Below, piece by piece: positions 52,811 through 64,000 of a stretch of 64,000 nt of DNA. The notes below the pieces were generated by a model. The model was not told where the DNA came from, did no database searches, and worked only from the letters and a program-made list of their open reading frames with translations. This DNA is from Escherichia phage vB_EcoM-G3G7. A program made the translations under genes and the position numbers. Each line of letters opens with the position of its first letter. Positions within the stretch are counted from its first letter, which is position 1. The stretch lies in sequence record MZ234040.1; one strand, 5' to 3'.

Positions 52811-54094
52811 TTATTCATCAATGATAATTTTTGGTAGCTTAACACCTAATAAAACAGACAAATCTGAACGACCCGCCATTTTATCCATATCTCCACCATC
52901 AATTACTCTTGCTTCTTTTTCATCTTTTGCTACAGTGTAAGGATTTGCAGATAAAGCATATCTAACTAATAAACCGATAGATGGCTGCAAACTTTCTGGA
53001 TCAACTACAACTTTAAATGCACCTACATGTTCAGGGTCATCTAAGTCAAGACCTTCTGTATACGGAGCATAGAAAATTGATCCAACAATTTCTTTTTCAC
53101 CAATATTTTCTACTACGCCAACGATTACATAATCTAATGGACTGTTGGTATCGCAATAAAGCGGTAAACCATTAGCTAAGAACCCGTAGGCATTTTGTGA
53201 AAGATATTTGTCATCTTCTGGTTTATGTTTTAACCAACCTGATGCAGCAAGAATCGCAGCGGCACGAGCTGAAGCAACACAGAACGTTGCTGTATAAGTT
53301 GATTCTTTCTGGATATGTGAAACCATTTCACACACCATTCGGTATAATGAACGACCAGCTTCAGGTGCAGATGCATAACTCAAATCAATGAATCCAGTAT
53401 CAGTAATTCCTGTAACTTTATAGCGTTTTGACACTGTAATCAAAGACTGCAGAATATCTTTATTGATTTCATCTGCCATTTCAGTTGCAAGCAAATCTTC
53501 CAAGAAATTAGGAGCATCGAATCCATTTGCTTCTAAATCTTGTGCTAATTCAACTGTGATACCAGTTTTAAGTTTACGAGATTTAACTGCGGTTTGCCAT
53601 TTATTAATCTGAAATCTAGCATCCGCAATTTCACTATCAGAGCTTTCAAATTTGCTTGTTGACGCTGCGTCAGAAAATAGACGAACCTTTAAAAGAACAA
53701 TTGCAATCTGAAGAGCTAATTCTAAATCGCTTTCTTCAATATCAGCAAATGGTGTATCTTCTAATACTTTATAAACGATATTATTATATTTGAATAAATC
53801 GCCCTTATTGAGAGTTAATTTAGACTCTTCTGTTAATTCTGTGATTTGTTCTCGGTCTACATATCCAGCTTCGCCAGCATAAGTAGCACCAGTTTTAAAT
53901 GTAAATTCATTGTCTGGGTTAAGGTATTTTATACCATAAAAAGCAGCAACAGGTTGATTAGTTCTTTGCGTTGCTACAATGTCAGAATATATTAATTTAG
54001 TGGTAGCGCGAGTCAAAGCAACGAGATTTGGGCGACCGATTGAGTTGCTATTCGTTGTGGTTGATTCGCGCAGAAGTTCGTTGATTTTAGCCAT
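52811..54094 (-). CDS. 24: capsid vertex protein gp24
   Basis: 427-aa ORF (T4 gp24 length), paralogous in fold to gp23. Confidence 0.92.
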   Translation of the reverse strand: MAKINELLRESTTTNSNSIGRPNLVALTRATTKLIYSDIVATQRTNQPVAAFYGIKYLNPDNEFTFKTGATYAGEAGYVDREQITELTEESKLTLNKGDLFKYNNIVYKVLEDTPFADIEESDLELALQIAIVLLKVRLFSDAASTSKFESSDSEIADARFQINKWQTAVKSRKLKTGITVELAQDLEANGFDAPNFLEDLLATEMADEINKDILQSLITVSKRYKVTGITDTGFIDLSYASAPEAGRSLYRMVCEMVSHIQKESTYTATFCVASARAAAILAASGWLKHKPEDDKYLSQNAYGFLANGLPLYCDTNSPLDYVIVGVVENIGEKEIVGSIFYAPYTEGLDLDDPEHVGAFKVVVDPESLQPSIGLLVRYALSANPYTVAKDEKEARVIDGGDMDKMAGRSDLSVLLGVKLPKIIIDE

Positions 54095-54121
54095 TGCGCT
54101 TTCCTTTCAGTTTATATGATT

Positions 54122-54129
54122 TATTTATA
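54122..54129 (-). promoter_or_regulatory. T4-type late promoter (TATAAATA) for gene 24
   Basis: TATAAATA on minus strand about 28 nt upstream of the gene 24 ATG. Confidence 0.6.
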
Positions 54130-54130
54130 C

Positions 54131-54162
54131 CATAAAAACAACTAAAGGGACCCGAAGGTCCC
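54131..54162 (-). terminator. hairpin terminator after gene 23
   Basis: Minus-strand GGGACC-UUCG-GGUCCC followed by a U-rich stretch. Confidence 0.65.
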
Positions 54163-54177
54163 TTAAATCGTCAAAGA

Positions 54178-55743
54178 TTAGATACCTTTAACATATACAC
54201 GGCGGAAGTAAGCGTTTTTACCAAGGCTATTCAGAATAGAAGGCATACCGCTCTGGATGCGAGAAGCCGGAGCCTGAGCAGCGGATTCTGCAAATGGGTT
54301 GATACCGATACCGTAACGAGTTTTGAATCCCATTACCGGTTGGAAGTTCTTCGGATCGGAACCACGCAGCGGAGTCAGAGCTACATATGGAGCATAGTAA
54401 ATACCAGCATCCATTTCGTTCGGACCTTTATAACCTACGGTGAAATAATCCTGTTTAGCATACTGGTCGATATATACACGGTATTTACCACCCAGAACAC
54501 CAGCAAATACTGACTTGGTAGTATCAGTGTTAAAGCCAGTAGCCAGACCTTGTGCAGCATAAGAAATGCCGGTATCAACTGAAGCCAGAACGTTAACTAC
54601 GTTACGGGAAGCGATAATGAAGTTACCTTCGCCGCGACCAGTCTGACGAGCAATTTCAACTGCTTCTTTGTCAATCTGGAACAACAGAGCTTTAAAGGAT
54701 TCACCTGCCCAGCGAGCACCACGAATATCGATTGGGTCCTGGAAGTCAAATACACCAGCTTTAGAACCCGGAGTCAGGGTCATACCAGATTTACCAACCT
54801 GAGCGGAGTAGTTAATCCAATCAACAACTTCGCGGTTGATTTCCAGCATAATTTCGGTAGCCAGAATACCAGACAGTTCAGCATCAGCATCCATACCGTG
54901 AACAGCGCGAAGGTCTTGTGCTAATTCAATAGAGTAAGCAGCTTTCAGCTGACGAGATTTAGCTTCGATAACTTGCTTATCGATACGGAAGCCCATTTCA
55001 TTCCATGGGTTATCGGTAGAACCGTTAAAACCTTCCTGAAGTTCAGCGATAGAAGTAGCCATACCTTCAGCGATTTCTACCAGTACACCAGCTTCCATTT
55101 GTTTCTTAATTTCAGCATCTAATTTGTCTGCGTCAGATGCGCCTGAATCAATTTGTTTAACTTCTGTAGCTTGCAGATATACTGTACCAGTTTCCTGGAA
55201 GAAGTGAGTGTAAATAGTTCCGACTTCAAGAGTATCACTTGCTTTCAAAGCAGCGAATTTCTTAGCAGCACCCTGACCAGAGAACATTGCATCTGGACCA
55301 TACATTGGGTGGAATGCTTCTTTAGCACCGGAAGCGATTGGGTCTTTACCATATACTGCGCGCAGTGCGAATACCTGGCCAGTCGGGCTGTTCATTGGCT
55401 GAACACCACAAATATCGAAAGCAATCAGGTTAGGAATAGCACGACGTACCATACCCATAACAGCTGGGCCAATCTGAGTTACTGCTCCAGAAGTCTGACC
55501 TGCAGCGATGTTGGTAGCATTGTAACCGTGGTCACCACCGATTTCAGCTTCTGTTAAGAAAGAACCGAATGCCTGAGCAATTTTTTCGTCTTTATATTCC
55601 GGAGCTGTCTGGAAATCTTTTTCCTGGTTTTCAAAGATTTTAGCGATAATCGCTTGTTTGCTATTAGCAATTTCCGGTAAACCTTCACCTTCCAGTAATG
55701 GCTTCCATTTGTTCAAAAGTTCAGCTTTAGTTTTGATAGTCAT
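54178..55743 (-). CDS. 23: major capsid protein gp23
   Basis: 521-aa ORF MTIKTKAELLNKWKPLLEGEGLPEIANSKQAIIAKIFENQEKDFQTAPEY... matches T4 gp23. Confidence 0.96.
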   Translation of the reverse strand: MTIKTKAELLNKWKPLLEGEGLPEIANSKQAIIAKIFENQEKDFQTAPEYKDEKIAQAFGSFLTEAEIGGDHGYNATNIAAGQTSGAVTQIGPAVMGMVRRAIPNLIAFDICGVQPMNSPTGQVFALRAVYGKDPIASGAKEAFHPMYGPDAMFSGQGAAKKFAALKASDTLEVGTIYTHFFQETGTVYLQATEVKQIDSGASDADKLDAEIKKQMEAGVLVEIAEGMATSIAELQEGFNGSTDNPWNEMGFRIDKQVIEAKSRQLKAAYSIELAQDLRAVHGMDADAELSGILATEIMLEINREVVDWINYSAQVGKSGMTLTPGSKAGVFDFQDPIDIRGARWAGESFKALLFQIDKEAVEIARQTGRGEGNFIIASRNVVNVLASVDTGISYAAQGLATGFNTDTTKSVFAGVLGGKYRVYIDQYAKQDYFTVGYKGPNEMDAGIYYAPYVALTPLRGSDPKNFQPVMGFKTRYGIGINPFAESAAQAPASRIQSGMPSILNSLGKNAYFRRVYVKGI

Positions 55744-55761
55744 TTGTGTTAACCTTTAAAA

Positions 55762-56571
55762 TTAGAAACGAGATGCGACTTTCGCATATACACTTACAAT
55801 ATCTTCTGCACCTTGTGCAGATTTATCTTCTACAGCTTCAGTGACGAAATTCAGTCCGGCTGCTTCAGTATCAGGAGTATTTATACTCTCAGTAATAGTG
55901 CTTTCATCTTTATTAGATTTCTTCACCATTTCTACGATTGCACTCAATTTACTTGAGAATGCATCTGAATAATCCATACCTTCGACCAGAGCAGAGACTT
56001 TTTCTTTTTGAGACTCAGTCAGATCTTTAGTACTTTCGCTCAATGCCACTTCACGCTGCACATAATTGATATATGCGTCACGCTTATTGAGTTCTTCGAA
56101 CAGACGAGCTGATTCTTCTTTATGTTCTTGCAGTTCTTCTTCCATTTCAGCTACAACATCAACTGATTCTTCTGGAACAACAACGTTGTGTTCAACGAAG
56201 AGCTCTTTCAATCCACCAAGCATGGATTCAAACAGTTCGGCTTTGATACCTTTATCTACTGCTAATTTATTTTCAGTGAGCCATTCTTTTGCAAGATGGT
56301 CAAGGAATTTAGAAGCTTGCTCAGCGATTTTCTTCTCAGCTTTTTCTTCTGCTTCTTCTTTATTTTTTTCTACTTCTTCTTCTGCTTTTTCAGCAATTTT
56401 AGCGATATGAGATTCAGCTAATTTAACGGCGTGCTGCTTGACGGTAGCTTCGAATACAGTGCCGAAAGTTTCTTTTGCTTCCGGAGAAATATTAACTGAT
56501 TCGAAAATACTATCAAGAGCAACGGAAGCATCAATTTTCTGCGCTTCGGCAATCAGTTGTTCTTTAAGCAT
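55762..56571 (-). CDS. 22: prohead core scaffold protein gp22
   Basis: 269-aa ORF, acidic coiled-coil; T4 gp22 length and position. Confidence 0.9.
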   Translation of the reverse strand: MLKEQLIAEAQKIDASVALDSIFESVNISPEAKETFGTVFEATVKQHAVKLAESHIAKIAEKAEEEVEKNKEEAEEKAEKKIAEQASKFLDHLAKEWLTENKLAVDKGIKAELFESMLGGLKELFVEHNVVVPEESVDVVAEMEEELQEHKEESARLFEELNKRDAYINYVQREVALSESTKDLTESQKEKVSALVEGMDYSDAFSSKLSAIVEMVKKSNKDESTITESINTPDTEAAGLNFVTEAVEDKSAQGAEDIVSVYAKVASRF

Positions 56572-56598
56572 TTTGTAGTCCTGTTGTTTAGATAATAA

Positions 56599-56606
56599 TA
56601 TTTATA
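56599..56606 (-). promoter_or_regulatory. T4-type late promoter (TATAAATA) for gene 22
   Basis: TATAAATA on minus strand 28 nt upstream of the gene 22 ATG, overlapping the gene 21 stop. Confidence 0.55.
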
Positions 56607-57240
56607 ACGCTTTTTTCATGGCCTCTGCGAGAGCCATATAGGCGTCATCGGCACTTGTATCGGCTTCCGCCGTCTGTGATTCGGTAATTTCCTTAGGAGT
56701 TACCCATGCATCTGGAGCACTTGGACCCCATACTGCATCAACACCTACAGTTAATTTGAATCCTTCGTTTACGATACGATAACCTTTATTTGTGTCAGTC
56801 AATGAACCTAATCCACGAGAAGAAACTCCTGGAATCCATCCGGCACGAATATTAGCTGCTAATTTATCTCCAGGACCGTGGTCACCTTCAATAACACGAG
56901 CTCGTCCGTATACGTCATTTCCTTTCCACCACATATCTTCTATAATGATAGCGGCTTGCATCGGGTCAACATTAGCGCGTGGAGGATGATTTAATTCTCC
57001 GAGAGCTTGTTTAGTTAAAACTTGCTCATTAATATAGTCTTTTACCGCTTTTTCTAATATACGTTTTGGATAAAGACGTTTATTTCTATTGACGACTTCC
57101 GCTTGCATGAATATTCCTTCGATGTATAAACCCGGTTTTAAACCTAAGTCTTTTCCATCATGAGATTCAAGCATTGGTACGCCATCAATAATTTCGCCAG
57201 GTTGACCCCAAGTTTCAATTAGTAATTGGGGTTCATTCAT
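56602..57240 (-). CDS. 21: prohead core protease gp21
   Basis: 212-aa ORF (T4 gp21 length) between 68 and 22. Confidence 0.9.
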   Translation of the reverse strand: MNEPQLLIETWGQPGEIIDGVPMLESHDGKDLGLKPGLYIEGIFMQAEVVNRNKRLYPKRILEKAVKDYINEQVLTKQALGELNHPPRANVDPMQAAIIIEDMWWKGNDVYGRARVIEGDHGPGDKLAANIRAGWIPGVSSRGLGSLTDTNKGYRIVNEGFKLTVGVDAVWGPSAPDAWVTPKEITESQTAEADTSADDAYMALAEAMKKAL

Positions 57241-57665
57241 TAGCTTAATCCTAATGCTTTACGGCGTTTAAGAGCTTTTTTACGCTTACGCTGAGCACGA
57301 GATTGACCTGCTGGATTGGCAATCTTCGTTTTGGTAGCTTTACGAGCAATTTGTCTACGTTTTGCTTTAGACAACCCGGTAGTTTGAAATGCATTACGTT
57401 CGCGGGTTTTGCGATCTTTAGTGCGAGTAATTTCACCACGGGCAGAAACATGTTTAACGATAAATTCATTTAACGGCATATTTTCATTAATAGAAGCTAA
57501 TGCAACCGCTAAATCAGTTTCATCATCAAGCATATTCTCGACAATTGTATTTATATCGTCTTTATTTAAAGCAGAAGACAATTCGTCAAAGCGACCCTGT
57601 GCTTCAGGAATAAGTGCTTCGACATTCTCGAGAACTAATTCATGAGTTTCAGGGATCAGAAGCAT
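57240..57665 (-). CDS. 68: prohead core protein gp68
   Basis: 141-aa ORF (T4 gp68 length). Confidence 0.85.
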
Positions 57666-57903
57666 TATTCATCATCCTCGTCTTCGTCAGAGTCTTTGTC
57701 TTTTTTGTCGTCTTTATCATCACTATCTTCGTCTTCGTCATCATCCTCGTCATCAGGTTCTTCACCTTCGATTAAGAAATTACGAGCGATAGCGATTTTT
57801 TCTTCTTTAATTAAATCAGTCGTTCTTGCAGCCATGGCTTCAGCAAATAATTTACGAGCGGCTACGAGGTCGTTTGATTTAATAGCTTCAATTAAACCTT
57901 CCA

Positions 57904-57904
<1 letters not shown>
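57665..57904 (-). CDS. 67: prohead core protein gp67 (acidic)
   Basis: 79-aa ORF with poly-acidic C-terminus. Confidence 0.85.
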
Positions 57905-59529
<1,625 letters not shown>

Positions 59530-59561
59530 TTAAGCAGGATGGGGATTTCTCCCCATTCATT

Positions 59562-60053
59562 TTATTCCCAATAATCGAGAGCAAGAGTTACTTCAAAGGT
59601 TTGGATTTCATTGTTTGAATCCCAATCTAATTGAAGTTCACCCACGTTAGTAGGCCACAGACCTTTAATTTCAATTTCTTTTGTTACTGTTTTAGCATCA
59701 CGAGCATATTGACGAACAATAGCGCTCTTTTTATACTCTGCAGGTTTTCCACCAGTAATTTCGTTTCCTTGACCAGCAGCAATGCTTTGCCAATCAACAA
59801 ACTTCTGGCGAGCATCATGAGCTTCATCGTTCATTACTGTAACAGTCCAGTCATCGAATGTACGATCGCCTGCTACGTTAATTTTACGGTTCATAAATCC
59901 AACTGGAATTTTTTCTACAATACCAGCTGGTAAAGCAGTGGCTTTACATTGGAATGTAAAATTTTGTCCAAGATAAGAAATTTCTACTTGGAATAAGTTA
60001 GGTCGAGCAAAATCACCAGATTCAAACGCTCGTGTTACATCATCTACAAACAT
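59562..60053 (-). CDS. 19: tail tube protein gp19
   Basis: 163-aa ORF (T4 gp19 length). Confidence 0.92.
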   Translation of the reverse strand: MFVDDVTRAFESGDFARPNLFQVEISYLGQNFTFQCKATALPAGIVEKIPVGFMNRKINVAGDRTFDDWTVTVMNDEAHDARQKFVDWQSIAAGQGNEITGGKPAEYKKSAIVRQYARDAKTVTKEIEIKGLWPTNVGELQLDWDSNNEIQTFEVTLALDYWE

Positions 60054-60066
60054 ATTAGCCTCTGTA

Positions 60067-60074
60067 GTATTTAT
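60067..60074 (-). promoter_or_regulatory. T4-type late promoter (TATAAATA) for gene 19
   Basis: TATAAATA on minus strand 13 nt upstream of the ATG; a second copy at 60133-60140. Confidence 0.55.
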
Positions 60075-60169
60075 ATCCCTATGTTTAACCTAGGGCATAT
60101 AGAATTAAAGAATTAAGGATATAGTGTATTTATATGGCCTGCCGAAACAGGCCTTTAGAATGCACCGTA

Positions 60170-62149
60170 TTAACCAGCAAGACCAGTTAACTCATCGAAA
60201 TCTGCACCAGTAGCAGTTGCGACGAAATTCAAAGTAATATAATTTATACTGCGCGCCGGTTGAATATAGAATGTTGCAACAAACTCATTTCTATCAATTA
60301 CTGACGGAGTGTTATTTGTTGTATCGCAAACTACACGATATTCATAAATTCCACCGAGAGCTTTAATTCCCTGTAAGTATTGGGCAGTTTCTGTGCGGAA
60401 TGATGAACGAGTAAACGCGTTGTTTAATTCGAACAAACGATATTTTGAACTACGTCCGATATTCGTTTTCAACATATTAAACAGACGACGAACGTTAATA
60501 CGATCAAATGGAGAAGGAACAGAAGTAGCTGTTTTATCACCATACAATACGTAACCATCACCACCTGTACCAGTTACTGGGTTGATAGCTTCTTGATATA
60601 AACGGTCGCGCTGAGCTTGGCGAGTTTCAATAGCAAGTTTAATAACGTTAAGAATCTGACCACGATTATAACCAGCTGGAGACATCCAAGTCTGAGAAAC
60701 GTTATCAGTTCTCGCGCATAAACCAGCAATGTCAGCTGCTAATGGAACCCAACGATTCACATCATTATATTTGTCATACTGATATTTGTAGTTACCATCA
60801 ATTGCTGCGTAGGTTGAACTGATATTAAAGTTATTATCAGTGTATGAACCTGCTGCAGTTCTCCAGTTAACTAAATTATCTACTGCACGAGTTACAGGAA
60901 TTCCAACTACAGTTTCACGCGGAGGAGAGCACAATACTAAGCAATCTTGGCGAGCATCCCCAATTGAAACGACGTGTTTTTGGACAGTAGATGCTGTTTC
61001 TAAAGATTCACCGGCACAAGAACCCGCAATAAACAGTTGAACATCAACAGATTCACGGTCAGCAAAGAAGTCCCAAGCTTCCATTAAATCTCCTGCTGTT
61101 ACTTCAGCATTTGATGATAATCCACCAGACAGAGTTAAAATTCCAGAGAAGCCTTCTGGCCAGTTTTGTGCAGTTGCAAAAATATATTCTGAACCACCTT
61201 TTGCGAAAAAGTCATCGATATAGATGTTACTATCGTAAATATCTTTTTCACCACGCTTAGTTGAAAGAACAACGCTTTGAACAATAGCATCATTTCGACG
61301 AACTATAATAGCGTACTGTGAGTCAGTCTGCGGCCCATATCCAAATACTGCCTTGGCAGTAGATGCACGAGTACCACCACCTGGATAAATTGGCAGTAAT
61401 GCAGAAGCGCCTTTCGCATAGTCAGCTTTAGATACGATTTCAATTTCAATTTTATCGCCTAATTCGCCTGGATAGAGAGCTACTACTCCTGGAATTCCAT
61501 ATTTTTCAAGATTTGCTTGAAAGTCAACCGCTGTCATAGCAGCTTCAGCATTTTCAATTTCAGCTAATAAAATACCAGAATCAGTAATAATTTTTCCAAG
61601 AGTTATTACTGCAGCTAAACCGGAAGAAGATGAAGAAATTTCTGCAGTCCAGTTAGAACCTAATGTTGGGTATTCGCCAACTTCTTTAGCTTTAGCAATA
61701 ATTTTTGCAGTAGGAATATTAATTTTCTTAATTTTTCCATCAGCATCTACTTCGGTAATTTTACCTTCTGTTTCAACATCTTCTGAAACATATTTGACCG
61801 TGATTTTATCTCCAACCGCGTAGTTACTACCTGGGGTAGAAATTGTGTATTCAATATTACCAGCAATCGGAGATGAGTTTTTAGCGGTATCTCTATCGAC
61901 AGCGCGCACAACTCGCAAATCATTTCCATATTGTAAGAAATTCATTGCAGACATAAAATAGTCAGCAGTTTCAGCTGTAGGTTGACCAAAAGTATTAACT
62001 AAATCTACTTCGTTTGTAACCTGTTTAATCTGAAAAGCAGGACCCCACTGGAATTTACCGGCCAAAGCTGCTGTACCAGTAGAGTTATTAACCACGGTGC
62101 TTTGAACCGTAGTTTCTTTGAGCTCAATGCCCGGAGATAATAAAGTCAT
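60170..62149 (-). CDS. 18: tail sheath protein gp18
   Basis: 659-aa ORF (T4 gp18 length). Confidence 0.95.
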   Translation of the reverse strand: MTLLSPGIELKETTVQSTVVNNSTGTAALAGKFQWGPAFQIKQVTNEVDLVNTFGQPTAETADYFMSAMNFLQYGNDLRVVRAVDRDTAKNSSPIAGNIEYTISTPGSNYAVGDKITVKYVSEDVETEGKITEVDADGKIKKINIPTAKIIAKAKEVGEYPTLGSNWTAEISSSSSGLAAVITLGKIITDSGILLAEIENAEAAMTAVDFQANLEKYGIPGVVALYPGELGDKIEIEIVSKADYAKGASALLPIYPGGGTRASTAKAVFGYGPQTDSQYAIIVRRNDAIVQSVVLSTKRGEKDIYDSNIYIDDFFAKGGSEYIFATAQNWPEGFSGILTLSGGLSSNAEVTAGDLMEAWDFFADRESVDVQLFIAGSCAGESLETASTVQKHVVSIGDARQDCLVLCSPPRETVVGIPVTRAVDNLVNWRTAAGSYTDNNFNISSTYAAIDGNYKYQYDKYNDVNRWVPLAADIAGLCARTDNVSQTWMSPAGYNRGQILNVIKLAIETRQAQRDRLYQEAINPVTGTGGDGYVLYGDKTATSVPSPFDRINVRRLFNMLKTNIGRSSKYRLFELNNAFTRSSFRTETAQYLQGIKALGGIYEYRVVCDTTNNTPSVIDRNEFVATFYIQPARSINYITLNFVATATGADFDELTGLAG

Positions 62150-62177
62150 TTTTAATCCTCTTTAATATGCTTTAATA

Positions 62178-64000
<1,823 letters not shown>

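Overview
This window is a contiguous segment of a T4-like (T-even, Tequatrovirus-type) coliphage genome, in reverse-complement orientation relative to the conventional T4 map. All protein identifications are by reading the supplied translations against remembered T4/T2 proteins; no database search was run. Gene order: 5' end of gene 38 (T2/T6-type adhesin), long-tail-fiber genes 37-36-35-34 (minus strand), then the plus-strand early block rnh, dsbA, 33, 59, segG, 32, frd.3-frd, td (split by a 1016-nt group I intron carrying I-TevI), nrdA, nrdB (uninterrupted), denA, rnlA, alc, spanin pair pseT.3/pseT.2, pseT, cd, 31, rIII, a cluster of small uncharacterised early ORFs, DNA ligase (30) and two tandem Alt-like ADP-ribosyltransferases. 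After that come minus-strand baseplate genes 54, 48, 29, 28, 27, 51, plus-strand 26, 25, uvsY, minus-strand uvsW.1 and uvsW, plus-strand inh, hoc, rnlB, and minus-strand head/tail genes 24, 23, 22, 21, 68, 67, 20, 19, 18 and 17 (truncated at the window end). No rRNA, tRNA or CRISPR array was found. The strongest unexplained observation is a perfect 127-bp head-to-tail tandem duplication inside gene 37 (2465-2591 and 2592-2718) that shifts the reading frame and splits the distal tail-fiber gene in two. Other lineage-specific features are a 68-codon ORF wedged between frd and td, two tandem full-length Alt paralogs, a Hoc with an extra Ig-like domain, a YbiA/NADAR-like ORF and a HAD-like ORF with a Pro/Tyr/His-rich tail in the 30.x cluster, a 52-bp promoter/leader repeat at two loci, and a 355-bp ORF-free stretch downstream of rIII. 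I did not identify a single clearly new multi-gene system; the candidates above are the places I would look.
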